From Bispira polyomma (Eukaryota), in contig OZ287752.1 of NCBI GenBank assembly GCA_965649765.1, forward strand, positions 22,382,001 through 22,446,000: DNA of 64,000 bases. Direction: 5' to 3'. Position numbers and translations under genes: made by a program. Of the stretch, positions 34,405-47,925 are shown piece by piece. The notes beneath the pieces are model-generated. The model searched no databases. It had not been told where the DNA came from and saw only the letters and a list, made by a program, of their open reading frames with translations. Each line of letters starts with the position of its first letter. Position 1 is the first letter of the stretch.

Positions 34405-36510
34405 ATGAGGCAAGCTAGTCAAACTTGTTTGTTGCACAAGCTAATCAAACCTATTAGTGATATCTACTGACATAAGCTAGTGATACTTGTTAGTAAGACA
34501 ATCTTGTTAGAAACAAGGCTAGTCACATCTATTGACACTCACTAGTAAAATTTGTTAGTGACCGAACTAGTCAAACCTACGATTGACATCTATTGACACT
34601 CGCTGGTGAAACTTGTTGGTGACCAAACTAGTCAAACCTATTAGTGACATATATTGACACAAGCTGGTGAAATTTGCTAGTGACACAATCTTATGAGATC
34701 TGTTAGTGGCAGAAGCTAGTGAAACACAGCAGTGACACATATTAACACATGCTAGTAAAAAATGTAAGTGATACATTTAGTCAATCCTGTTTGTCATACC
34801 TAGTGACACAATTTAGTCAAACATGTTAGTCACACTCAGTGACACAAGCTAGTCAAATCTGATAGTCAAACTTATTGGCACAAGCTTGTAAAGCTTGTTA
34901 GTGACATCTATTGACACTCACTAGTGAATCTTGTCATATAAGATAGTCAAACCTGCTAGTGACACAAGATAACATATTAGTGACAAGAAAACACATGCTA
35001 GTGAAACTTGTTTGTAACACAAGTTAGCCATAGCTGTTAGGCACACTCAGTGACACAAGCTAGTCGAACTCATTAGTGGCATGTCACAAGTTAGTCAACA
35101 TTTTATTCACTGCCATTGTTAACTGCTAGTCAAACGTCTTAGTCAAATGTAGTGACACAAGCTAGTGAAATGTGTTAGTCATACCCAGTGGCACAGGCAT
35201 AGCTAGTCAGTGATATCCACTGACATAAGCTAGTGATGCTTGTTAGTGAGACAATCTTGTTAAACCTGTTAGTAACAAAGCTAGTGACATCTATTGACAC
35301 TCGCTAGTGAAACTTGTTAGTGACCAAACTAGTCAAACATTGTAGTGACATATATTGACACAAGCTGGTGAAATTTGCTTATCAGATCTGTTAGTGGCAC
35401 AAGCTAGTCAAACACAGTAGTGACACATATTAACACATCCTTGTGAAACTTGTAAGTCACACATTTAGTCAAACTTGTTTGTCATACTCAGTGACACAAT
35501 CTAGTCAAACTCATTAGTGGCATGTCACAAGTTAGTCAACATATTATTCACTGCCATTGTCAACTGCTAGTCAAACATTTTAGTCATATGTAGTGACACA
35601 AGCTAGCCAAACATGTTAGTCATACCCAGTGACACAGGCTAGTCAAACATGTAAGGCATACACAGTGATGTAAGCTAGTCAAACATTTTAGTCATACACA
35701 GTGATACAAGCTATTTAAACATGTTAGCCATACACAGTGATACAAGCTATTTAAACATGTTAATCATACACAGTTGCGTGAGCTTGTCAAATGTGTTAGT
35801 CATAACCAGTGACAGAAGCTAGTCAAACATGGTAGTCATACACAGTGACACAAGCTAGTTAAACATGTTAGTCGCACACAGTGATACAGGCCAGTCAAAT
35901 ATGTTAGTCACATTCAGTGGTACAAGCTAGTCAAACATGTTAGTCATACACACTGAGTCAAGCAAATCAAAATGTTAGTCATACGCAGTGATACAAGCTA
36001 GTCAAACATGGTAGTCATACACAGTAACACAAGCTAGTCAAATACGTTAGTCATACACAGTGATACAAGCTAGTTAAATATCTTAGTCATACACAGTGAT
36101 ACAAGCTAGTCATATATGTAAGCCATACATAGTGATACAAGCTAGTCAAACATTATAGTCATACACAGTGATACAAGCTAGTCAAACATGTTAGTCATAC
36201 AGAGTTATACAAGTTAGTCAAACATGTTAATCATACACAGTCATACAAGCTAGTCAAGCATGTTAGTCATACACAGTGGCACAAGCTAATCAAACATGTT
36301 TGTCACATCAAGTGACACAATAAGCTGGTGCTGGTAAAACCTGTTATTGACGCAAGCAAGTCAAACAGATTAGTCACACCCAGTGACACAAGCTACTTAA
36401 ACATATTGGGACACGAGTTAGTCAAACCTGGTAGTCACACCCAGTGACAGTCCTAAAAGCTTATCAAACATGTTAATTATATACCCAGTGACACAAAATA
36501 TAGAAACCTA
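34405..36510 (+). repeat. 36-bp minisatellite (consensus acaagctagtcaaacatgttagtcatacacagtgat) with a degenerate 5' part showing higher-order duplication
   Basis: About 20 regular units from 35590 to 36300; blocks 34458-34850 and 35040-35195 recur at 35211-35510 and 35485-35640. Confidence 0.92.
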
Positions 36511-37169
36511 TTATACCCCTTTTCCTCTATGCTGATCGAAGGCCCTGATCATTACGATAATGCGTATGGGCCATACTTGGGGACATAACTGTGGAAATCA
36601 TTTAGTTTGTACGACTTATCTTATTATATTATTGCTACACAGGACACTTGGGGTTCTTCGTTGAAGTTTTCAAGAATGTTTGAAAACCTTTGCTAGTGGG
36701 TGACCATTGGTCGATAAATTAATGGTCACTCGGGGTCACTTGTCAACTTCCCACCAATTCATCTATCTACATCCCGGCTTATCTTCCCATTTGTAATGAT
36801 AGGTCGGGGTCATAACAACTTATCCTCCCGCTCCCGGTAGTTAGAAAGGCCCTGTGTGAAACGATAATAATAACTTCCATAGATAGGTCATTAGAAAGGC
36901 CCAGAGTGAAAGGATAACTGGGGGAAACAAAATGTAACTCAGGGGTGACAGCAACAGCTCAGACTTGAAATCTGTTTGCTCAACAAGTATTTGGGGGATT
37001 AGCCAATTATATAAGAGTCTGCTGTTCCAGTCGTTTTCATTACATTCAGTTCTAGCATAGAGATAGTTCACGTCTACTGGCAATAATATATATTATACTG
37101 AGTCTTTAAAAGGCCACCAAAAAAGGAGGATAGAGACAGTGGAGGAGGAGACAGGAGGAGACAGACAGG

Positions 37170-38400
37170 GAATTCCATGTGGGGGAGATGCTTCAGGAAG
37201 TCATTTCAGAGACACAGCAGTAACAGATGGGTTTTGTGGCACAGGGTGTTGAGACACAGAATGTTGAGACTCAGGATGCATAGGACACAGCTAGGGATAA
37301 TGAAGTGGCTTCTTTCAGCAGAAAACAGAAGATGGAAAAATTGAGAACAGTTTTACCTACAGATGAGCAAGGGGATGCTGTTGTGGACTTTTTGAAAGAT
37401 CACGAGTGGTTGTATAACAAGAGCCACCCTTTACACAATGACACACAGAAGAAAATCTTGCTTTAGCTCGATTTCTGCTTTACCAGTGGTTTCAGGAAAA
37501 CTAAGTCTGGTCAAGCTCCTTCTAATATGACTGAAAGGTGAGATGGGTGAAAGGGACATTTGACTTTTTGAGGCCACATATTATCCGTCATGTTTCCAAG
37601 ACGGCTGGGTTCTAGTATGATGCCTTCCAATGCCTTTATTGGCATAAAGTGAATCTAAGTCAGACACTGAACAAGGAGGTGTCGATATGCAGTCTTCCAT
37701 GTCCATCGCTTCACCTGACAGACTCTCCAAGCAGCCTTTCACATATAGAGCCTCTACCCCAGAACTTTCCACAGAGCTGAGAGATAGAATTGGTCATATG
37801 GAGGATAGTATCCAAGGCTTTTTAAAAGAGGCCACCAAGACAAAGACAGAGGGACGCAGAGGTGTTTTTCTGAACTGGTTGGCTCTGGAGGCAGAGAAAC
37901 CTCCCGACCAATACTTCATCCAATCCAGGAGAGAAACCTTCAACCTGATTAGCAATTTGCAAGAGAGGGCTTCTTACTCTCAACAAGTGGTGCCACAGTT
38001 TCAACCCCAACAGTTTCAACCGCAGCCTATTACCTCTTGTCAGATGGTGCCACCTTCCTTCATCCCATAGCAACAACATCAACCAGGACACGGTGTGTAC
38101 CACCAGCAATAGCCCAGACCTCAGACACCACCACCTCAATAGCACTCACTGCAGTCCATTTATGTCATCCATCAAATATTATAAATCCTAGCTGGAAGTT
38201 CAATGGCCAGTACAAGTTGTCTTCAGTACTTGAACCCACCCTCAACAGAGTTTGACATACTAAACCCCTCATCAGTCTCTTCACTTGTGAGAGGATTTTA
38301 ATTGGCCACCAAAACCACTTCGTCTGCCAGCACCAGTACCACGACAACAGACCAGTAGACAACAGCTACTTCTCTCCTCAGTCAGATTGAAATTGATTTA
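37170..38400 (+). pseudogene. Harbinger Myb/SANT-like (MADF) DNA-binding protein relic
   Basis: DEQGDAVVDFLKDHEWLYNKSHPLHND (37361-37442); RKTKSGQAP; FLNWLALEAEK...RRETFNLI; Q/P/S-rich tail. Confidence 0.75.
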
Positions 38401-38759
38401 ACAGAATTCTTCCTGAAGGGGTTTCACTAGCCAGGGAATAGAGTTAACATAGTTGTACTTAAAGGTGTTAAACAAGCCAGGGAAACTGAGTTAATATAGT
38501 TTTTCTTTATGGGGTTCACAAGTTTAAAAATTAACAATTTATTTTTATTTATGTGTGTATGTTTATAGATTTTGTTTTTTTCTGTGGAGTAGTCTGCTTC
38601 TTGTAATGTCTTTTTAAAATGTTTTCTTGAATCGAACAAGAAAAGCTCAGTAAGTGTTTTTGGAAATTTGTCCTGTCTTGAAAAGGTCTTTTAGGCTGGT
38701 CCTTACAAGGACCGATTGGTTCCTATTGCAGGCTCAGGTGTAGGGTCAGGGTAGGGTTC

Positions 38760-39330
38760 ATACACGGTCATTCTGTCGACACTGTCCCCTTGTTCCGGTA
38801 GTAGCCCATAAATATCACTTCTCTGTTTCTTGGCTGTGCTGCTAGTATTCCTACTGTCAGGTGGGTTATTATCTCCTGTAAGTTCTTCCTGTGGGATGGG
38901 TGAGTCCTCTTGGGTGCTGTATTGCGTGAATTATAGTAGTGGTTACCATCATATTGTGTAGGACAACACAGGCTTGGCTACTCTAGCTACCACTGGTGGT
39001 TCTTACTGCATGGTAGAGAGTAGAATTATGAACCTATGTACTAGGATCCCAAAGGATTTCTCTACCACCCTTCTCCCCTGGGAAATCCTATAGTTGTGAA
39101 TCCTCTCATTCGGGCCCATCCCTAGAAAAGAGTTTCATTAGCCAGGTCTTCAGTACAAAGGCATCATCTTCAATGATAAAGTAGGGTGTGAGGGCCTAAA
39201 ATGGCTTATGGCTTCAGGAGGGTGAAAGTTGATAGGATGATATTCTATCTTCTCCTTTGGTTCTGACTTATTGAATATCTGGAAATCAGATCAGGACTTG
39301 CTAGATCCCAGGTTGACCCACACAAACTAA
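38760..39330 (-). pseudogene. Harbinger (HARBI1-like) transposase, C-terminal half
   Basis: FVWVNLGSS..SDFQIFNKSE; PYFIIEDDAF; ERIHNYRISQGRRVVEKSFGILVHRF; CVVLHNM. Confidence 0.85.
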
Positions 39331-40512
39331 TATTGGAGGCCGCTCCCCGACTAGTCTTGATAGTGGAACAGTACCATAAATAATATAATTGACACCCAAT
39401 GAAAAAAAACCTAGTGAAATAACATAGCGACACCTTGTGATGAAACTTGTTGACAACACCCAGTTATGCTGATTTAAGGATATTGACAATTTACAGTCCT
39501 TAAACCTAAAGAAGACAGTGATTTTAGTCTAATAGTTGATGTTGCCTCCCAAGCCAAGATTACAGTTTAAATTCACATCTGCACCCAATACAGAGTGTCA
39601 TTTATAAAAAAAAATAATTTAACTTGTGCATGTGCACACACATTTTAATCATATAGATGTTTAAAGCAATACAAGGGTTCTAATTGATGACTAAATACCT
39701 TACTAGTTTATAACTGTGTATTTCATCATCAATTGTCTGATATATTTAAAACACCAAGTCTAATCTACCTATACTGCAAAAAGGTATATATAGCTCTATA
39801 TATCATCCTCTATGGTACTCTATAGTCTCTGAAACTAGTAGTCCTACAACATAGCCATTTGCTATTATCCCTCAGTGGACACATTGGCATTTGCAGGAGT
39901 CATATCAGTGACCTTGTGAGTACCAGACCAACTTCATAACCACAAAGCCATGGGAGACCACTTCCATTAGGTCATAGCTGTTTTAAAAAAATACTTATTA
40001 AAGATAACCTGGTATTGTATTCATTTGAATTAGCTTAAGACCTCTGGAAAAACACACTTTAGTCAAAATCACTGTATGAATCATAACAAACAGGTCTGAA
40101 GATGAGATTTGTACACCAGCCTCATACAGAGGTTGTTTTATTAAAAATAAAGCCAGCACTAGTTAATGTTGTGTTAACAAAGAATTCACTGTAAAGTAAT
40201 AAATTAACATAGGTTGTATCCCATATGACATGTGTACTCCTAGATAGCTAATCTGTGAAAATAGAGATAGAGTCTAAACCAAGTGCAAAAATTAAATCCA
40301 TCATGTTTAGTCAAATTTGATTCAAACAAACTGTTCTCATCTGTTAGTACAATTATTATATACTATTCTTAGAACACGATGTTTGGCTTTGTGAACTAGT
40401 ACGCAATGTGTTTCAAATGTACTACAAGTGTGTTAACATATTAATAATTTGATGTACACCTCATAAACCCATTCAATTGTTATCAATTAATTTTAAATAT
40501 GTTTTTATCCAG

Positions 40513-40623
40513 GTCTGTCAACTGGTGCAATAATTGGAATAGTAGCAGGATGTTTGGTTGGAGTAGCTGTCATCAATGTGACTTGTTTACTTCTCATTAT
40601 ATGTTGTTGTAACACTTCAAAAG
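40513..40623 (+). CDS. Module D transmembrane exon (GLSTGAIIGIVAGCLVGVAVINVTCLLLIICCCNTSK)
   Basis: tatccag acceptor and ag|gtatat donor; 111 bp, phase 1-1; classic GLSxGAIxGI TM motif with juxtamembrane CCC. Confidence 0.8.
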
Positions 40624-43277
40624 GTATATATGTACTTTTTTATAACGTTCAAATCACATTAACACCTGTAAATGTGAATGATTTAAGAGTTATCTGTAGT
40701 TTAGCTGATTTAAATTTTCTTTCTTTTTAAGTGTTTAAATAGGACATCGTAGTTAACATAGATATCATTCTATATTGAAAACATGCTGCATTGTCTTATC
40801 TCTGCTGTATAGATATGCAAATGCTTAAACATATATCTAAGCTTAATATTTTCACATTGTTTTTTGTTGTTGCTGTGTACCAGTTTTAAACTATGCATTA
40901 TGTAACAGGGAAGTGTGTTGAAATAGACCAAAGATAACAAAGCTTAAGCAAATATTACACATTTGTATGTGATAAATCTTTTACTTGGTTAAAATGTATT
41001 CTTATTTGTGACATGTTATGTGTAGTTTTAGCAAATTGCTGTTCATTGTTGTGTTTCATAGCAGCATCTAAGAGTAGTACACTGAAAATTTGTATATATA
41101 TATAGTTAATTTACCCCTATATATATGGATATAAATATGTACCAAAATATTTTTTGTTTACGTTTAATAGCATTAATTACATTAGCATATTAGTAATTGG
41201 TAGTGAAGCAGTGTACGTAGTATAGAATAATGGAATAGTATAATAATTTACTGAATAGTTAATATTGAAGTACCATTGCATTAGCCTCTGAGATTGTTTT
41301 ACTATGATTGAGGCAGTAAACATGTTATTACCAAATGTAATACTCATATAAAAATGCCATGCACAACATGCCACACATATACACCTCATAGTGCAGATCA
41401 TGATAATCTAGTTTACCTACATTTTTTGTTCTATTTAAAATTGTCAACAATCCAATCCAAAGTGAAATAATGCAAAATTATGGAGAACTGCCTGTGTTGT
41501 AGCAGCAGTTATTGACTTAGTTGTCACATTTAGATTTTTAATGTGTTTTTTATGGATCCACAACATGGTGGATCATCAAAGTAACTAAAATTAAAGAATA
41601 AAAACATCCGATTTACTTAAACAGATCAATCGTAACAATCGAGTTGACTAAAATATTGATTTGTTTACGTGTGCTATATTTGTACCATAACATAAATGTT
41701 GATGCTGGCTTAATACATAATGCTTTTGGCTTATTATGGCTTATCACATGGTAGTATCCTATATTCCTTGTGTGTCCTCTTTTTATTTATGGACTATGAT
41801 TGGAACATCATTAGTATAAAATGGTCACTGTAAGGCACTGCCATCATGTATAAAACTTGAATCATACACACATATTATAACTGCCTCATATCTAACTTGT
41901 AACCCATCTATCAAATGATCATCTGCCTAACCTAACCTTTCAATTATGACAACATGATAGAAGTTTGCTCTACATAAATTTTCATTTATGTGTAAATTAT
42001 TACTTCCACTGTGGTTATGATAGTTCCAATGTTTTCTACTAGTGCACTCTGGTGACCCTCCATCTGGTCATTGAACTCTGGATAACGACCAAACTGGATC
42101 ACAAGAACTTATCAACTTGGGACTTGAACAACTTTGTAACATTTACTGTGTAATGTATTTACTTTATTTAATGGATATTTTGTCAAACTAATATGTGAAG
42201 CCAAATAGGCCACTGAAACAGATGTTATCGTAAGATATGAATAATTGGTAGATAAAGTAAATCCAAAGTATAAACCTTTTACCTGAGTAAATACTTTGTG
42301 AAAAAGATTTGTCTGTGATAGCTAAAAGTGCAATTAATGTGATATATGTTTTAATTAATTTAAGTTTTCTGAATGTTTTAGCTTCATTTACCACCTGGTA
42401 TAGTTTCAGTCATGTAAAGAATAATTAATATGATAGCTGAATACTAGTAGCATCACATCTTAGATATTAATGCTTATTATGTTCATACATAATAATATAC
42501 TAGTAGTTATTATTTTAATAATATTATAGATATGTAATTTAGTGCTTGTAATAACTTATTCTAGCAATATATCTATATTTGCTACATTCGTTTCCTTTTA
42601 TTCAATTTCATCCAGTAGTATCTCATTTATTTCAAGCAAATATAGGAGATTCCTCCTAATACTATCTAGAGGTACTATCTTGAATCACCCTGACATCATC
42701 CATGTCAAATTTGAAATTGTAAGATTAATGCAAAGATTTATCCATGTCTTGCAACTAAAAGCCCTGTCTCTTACCTCAAATAATGGTGATTTAAATTCTA
42801 CTATCTCTTTAACTGTGAGGGTTTGTCGGTTACTTGACTTAGGTCAGGGATTGATAATACACACATTGATTTCTATATTGTGCTGGTTTCCTCCATTAAA
42901 TAAAATATTCTCATTATAGTCCCATAAACCCAAACTGACAAAAACAGTTAACTCAAAGATAAATACAAGAGGTGATGCTTTATACTAAAAAAGAATTACA
43001 ATGCAATGCATCAATGAAAGCTTCAATGAGAACTTGCTTCAAAATATCGGATTCTGTATTAGTTTGCAAACTGGAGGATAAATGGTAATATACTGTTGAA
43101 CTATGAATGCAAATAGTTTAAATATGTAGAGAAACCATCTACTTGTAAACATTTTTATTGATGTGGCTAAATCCAATAGACATATTCAGTTTTGTACATA
43201 CATTGCTTATTTAACACATGTCATTTTTGTGTTTCTCTAAATCAATTTTAAAAAACACAGGTTAATTTTCCATTGGA

Positions 43278-43538
43278 TTTTTGAATTGAATTGAATTGGG
43301 ATATTTAACCTCCACTCTAGTACCTGTTTAGGTTATATTGGGACGCGTAGTTGGACACGCTGGAGGAAACACTGCATACAGTTGATCAAGGTTCTTCACT
43401 GAAACAAGCGGCCCACAGTAAGGAACTACCACCTTTCCCACATAGGCATCAACGGGAGTCGAACACACGCCGCCCAGAGGTGAGAGACCAGTGACTGTGA
43501 AGCCCAATGCTTGCTAACCACTAGGCCACCGCGGCCCC
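43278..43538 (-). mobile_element. Full-length tRNA-derived SINE family 1 with 15-bp TSD
   Basis: Head ggggccgcggtggcctagtggtt (A box) and gttcgactccc (B box); (AATTC)n tail; TSD taattttccattgga at 43263-43277 and 43539-43553. Confidence 0.92.
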
Positions 43539-43894
43539 TAATTTTCCATTGGAAAATAGTACTGTATTTTCAAAGAATGTACACTTATCCTTGTAAGTAA
43601 AAGTTAAAATATTGTATGACCATTAAATAACTGTTTGGATGCAATTTAATTAGGTTAGAATCCTTGTTTGTGTTCAGTCTTTAAAAATATAGTACAGTTG
43701 CTCTGTCACACTGGGACCTGGCCAGTATACTTTATTTTTAAAGAGTGAACAATGATGTGGGCCCTAACCTATACATACATCATGGCTTGTCTACATATAT
43801 GTGAGTCTTAGTGTATATATCAAATCATTGAATGTTGGCATGTAAATAAAAACAGTGTGGCATATTGTTCTTGGAGTCTATATGTGTGAACCTT

Positions 43895-44230
43895 TCTTTT
43901 ATTATGTAAACAGTGCAAAGTTTAGGTTGTAAAGTGTAGGTTATGAATGTCATACAAAAAACATTTTTATTATTTGTCATAAAACCAAAGTGAATTATAA
44001 TTCAATGATACATAAGCTTTCAATAAATTATGTATGAATTTTCGTTGAAAATGTAATTGTAGCTCTTTTTTTATTATGTAAACAGTGAAAAGTTTTGTTT
44101 GTAAAGATTATAATATTATTTTCATAGGAAGAAATATTTTATTATTTCTCATTAAATCAAAGTTACTTATTATTCTATGAAATATAAGCTTTGGATACCT
44201 TATGAATATTCTTTGAAAATGTAATAGTAG
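43895..44230 (+). repeat. Diverged ~170-bp tandem duplication
   Basis: ttttattatgtaaacagtg...ataagcttt...gaaaatgtaat.gtag occurs twice in tandem. Confidence 0.6.
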
Positions 44231-45268
44231 TTGGGTATCAACTTATTATGTTGAACCAGTGCATTTTTTTGTAATATTCATTTTGACAAGCTGCAGAAAA
44301 GCTTATTGATTGACACATTGACTTTCTTGTGTAAAGCTTCAAAATAAATAGTGACTTGCAGGATGAAGTACATGTGTACTCGGTATTGTGTGGTATCATG
44401 ATAAAAAAATACTTAAAGTTGATATATCCATTATACTGGACCAAGAGTGACTCTAACACCTTTATATAACATTTGTATTGGATGTTCTATAATATTTATA
44501 GCGAGGCGGTTTATATGCTGTATTGTATGTAATTTGCTTTTTGTTTCATTGAAAGAGTGTTGTGTACATTATTAGCCACAATTATTGATACATTGTTAGC
44601 CTCAATTATTTTTAGTATACAAACAATATAATATTGCCAACCTTAATATCTTACCAGATCGAGTGTCACAAAAAGTCATATATTACGATATGATAACTTA
44701 AAATTAATTTAAAATTTCCCTCATCTGTATTTGTTAATCAATTTGATGTATTCCCTTATGTTTAAGTTACCCCCACCATAAGGGATACCTTGCATTTATG
44801 TAGGATACCAATTGTCCAGGAGGGTTTTAAATTGCACAGTATTGATGATATCAGTTTGTATTCATGTCTGGAAACAAAAACAAAAGCTCCAGAAGAAGGG
44901 GTAATTTAAAATTGATTTAAGGTTACTTCCACAAACTAACAGTCTGGTGGTTTTTACACTTACAACGGTATTTTTTATTACATATAATTATAGTCTATTG
45001 TATGATGTTCAGTTTTATTAAATCATATGTCCATTGGTTATATATAGTCTATTTCAATCAACCTATATCAAAACCTTGTGATGTAGTCCCAATAATGTTT
45101 TGGAATGTGTAAGTATATACAGATGTAGGTGTTGGGGATTTTGAATTTTGGTTATTTCAAAATGAGTCTAACAACCCAAATTTTAACATTGATTTTCACA
45201 ACATATTTGGGGAGTCCAAACATTGGGTAAGCAGATAAATAGAGGTGACCTGTAAAATTATCAGACAT

Positions 45269-45466
45269 GCCACTGTGGCCTAGTGAGTAACCCACTCGCA
45301 TAGCAAGACAGAGGACCTTGGTTGATACCAGCCAAGGACGACCAGGTATAGGCAGATACATGGTGGTTTTTATAACTACTTAAATTGGCTGTCCTCTGTC
45401 AATGGATCTTAATCACATTGAGAACGTTGATAAATTGTCATCCCCAGACTCTTTCTCTTCAGGCAC
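45269..45466 (+). mobile_element. tRNA-derived SINE, family 2
   Basis: Head gccactgtggcctagtgagtaac; aligns with 6662-6875. Confidence 0.7.
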
Positions 45467-46794
45467 TTTTTTGGTGAATATTTTCTTCATTTATAAATCT
45501 GAATTGATAAAAAGTGATTCTGGAGAAATTGGCCCGTCAAAGTAAGATTATATAGATGCAGTGGTGAAGAGGTAATACTCTCACCTCAAACTTCTCCAGT
45601 TGTGGGTTCGAATCCCAACCACAGGATACATGTATGCATTTTAAAATTCTTTTTTTCCACAAGCCTGTTCTGCTTTTACCCACCAATAAACTTCCTGCTA
45701 TGGTATGACAGGCAGTTGTTGAGATTCACATTAATGCTCAGATAAACTCAACATACATTGCACATCTAGAGGCAAATTAATATATGTACATATGAAACAG
45801 GTACTTCCAATGGCAAAAGGTTATTTAGATACAGTCCCCATGTTATAAAAATATATCTGCAATATAGTCTAGAATATATATCACAGTTATAGCCTGGTGC
45901 TAATGACAAAAAAAATTGTTCGTCTAAACTATCACATTTGAAAAGATATGTGGAAAAAGTTCATAATTTTTGTATCAATAGAACAATACAGAAATTTTAA
46001 TAGACTCTTTGTTTCAATATTTGTTTTCAATACTTTATGCCTCAGGCACACTGAGTATGTTTGGCTTTTTGTTGATTTCGGTTCTTTATTTGATGAACAT
46101 AAGGAAATGGAAGTAAGCATGTGAATTTTTAACTATGTTTGTGACTTAAACCACGTTTCAAATTTTTTTCAAAATCGTTTTCATTAGGTTTAATACAAAT
46201 ATGCACACATTTGGTCTTGTTTGCCACGTTTGAAATATGTTACAGTTTGCCAAGATTTGAGAAGGCAAGGTCAATGAGGGTCAATATATGTAATGCGAGA
46301 GAAGATGTAGCCAGTAAGACTAATCATTTGAACATTTATTCTGTAGATGTTAAGACATTAGTTCACATGGTAAAAGAGGTTGAAAGTAAATTTTTTAATC
46401 GTATTCTATGAATAAACAGAATATCAGCACATTAGTAGTTTGGAAGAAGACAACCCTCTTTATTTAATAATACACTTGGCCAAAACTAAGCAAGTAAAAA
46501 ACAGTGTACCAGTTCAAGATCCATGTCACTGACAATCTAATATTTCCATCAAAACTATAACACGTTCCATTAAGGCATTAGTTCACATCAGTTGTAATAA
46601 CAAAAATGGACCAGCCGAAATTAAAGTACTTCGACCTTCTGTAGTAGAAGGGCGAAATCCATGTCTTGAACACAAGCACATACAACATCTTATATCAGTA
46701 TACTGGTACTCTAAACATTGGAGTCAGCCCCATCATGGGCCTTTTTTGATGGTTGCTACTGTTTGATATATTTGCTACTGTTATATAATCACAG

Positions 46795-46866
46795 ATGAAA
46801 ACCCAGAACTAGGGACCAGTACAGCAGTGATTTCACCTGGAGGCGGCACAGACAGCCCCCCCAAAA
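46795..46866 (+). CDS. Module D cytoplasmic exon (DENPELGTSTAVISPGGGTDSPPK)
   Basis: atcacag acceptor and gtaagc donor; 72 bp, phase 1-1; GC-richer than its flanks. Confidence 0.6.
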
Positions 46867-47269
46867 GTAAGCATACACTTCCTGATAATCAGCTGTCTTT
46901 TTGCAATTTTACTTGCCATACATTGGCACCATAACTAAACCGAGAGAGCACTCAAAGAGTGCCAAAAGTTTCATTGGTGCATGCCTAATTCTACCATCAA
47001 ATTTCTTGTAAAATTTTACAGTAGTTTTCGTTTAACCCTGGTGTGACAAACAGACACTGGCTAAACTATAACCAACTTGAAAGAGGTATCAATGTTTTAC
47101 TATCCTGTATACAAATATTGAATATTTTCATTTAAATGTATTGTAAGTCTGAAATGAATTATTAATGTTTAATATAATGAATATTTTTATGAGCTTTTTT
47201 GAGAAATTTATATCAGGATCAGCTTGTTAGCTAACTATATGTTTCACGTGGACACATTTATAATTGCAG

Positions 47270-47329
47270 AAAACAAGAAGACTAAGAGACGTAAAAGTAA
47301 AGGCAGTGCTTTGAAAGACACTGACCCAA
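47270..47329 (+). CDS. Module D cytoplasmic exon (KNKKTKRRKSKGSALKDTDP)
   Basis: ttgcag acceptor and gtaagt donor; 60 bp, phase 1-1. Confidence 0.65.
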
Positions 47330-47925
47330 GTAAGTGTCAGGAATAAATTCAGATTTTGTAGAAACATGCCACCATAACGAAACCACAGTTATGGGGCTGT
47401 CCCACTATCCCAATCATAGCTCCCGACCATCCCGATTATACAATCGGGAGCTAATTGGGACAATATTTGGACAATTGGTGAGTTGTAAAAACCTAGAGTG
47501 TATAAGCATAAGATTAGCTAGGATGTGCGATTCATAATATTTTATAATAAATTATTATTAATTTTTATTCAGATTAATATATCAACTATTGTTGTGTTCA
47601 TTTTGTTTAAGATGAATATGTTTCTATGAATTGAAACAAATACATGTTGTGCATAGTACTATCAGTATTAATAGGAGCATTATTATTAAATTAGCAAAAA
47701 TCATCCAAACGACAACTGGATTTCAACCCCTAATCTCTGTAAAGAAAGTGTATATGAATACGACATACTGCAGATTAAAATTTATTACTAAACAGCATTT
47801 TATTAGGAAAATTTGATTTAAATTTAAACATAAACATTTTATTAAGAAAATTTGTTTCTAATTTAAACATAGACATTCTGGTGAAAACATTTAGGCTTCT
47901 TTTACTCATGTGAATGTCTTTTTAG

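Larger units (their letters stand above)
36514..39376. mobile_element. Internally deleted Harbinger transposon (MADF ORF on +, transposase 3' half on -, convergent)
   Basis: Degenerate TIRs tta|taccccttttcctctat and atagtggaacagtacca|taa; both canonical Harbinger genes lie inside. Confidence 0.7.

Noticed and set aside
34405-36510. CRISPR array (36-bp period)
   Set aside because: Units are head-to-tail with no unique spacers, there are no cas genes, and the context is eukaryotic.
45557-45626. tRNA gene (A box and ggttcgaatccc B box)
   Set aside because: No convincing cloverleaf or acceptor stem; more likely a SINE head, like the other tRNA-like heads in the window.
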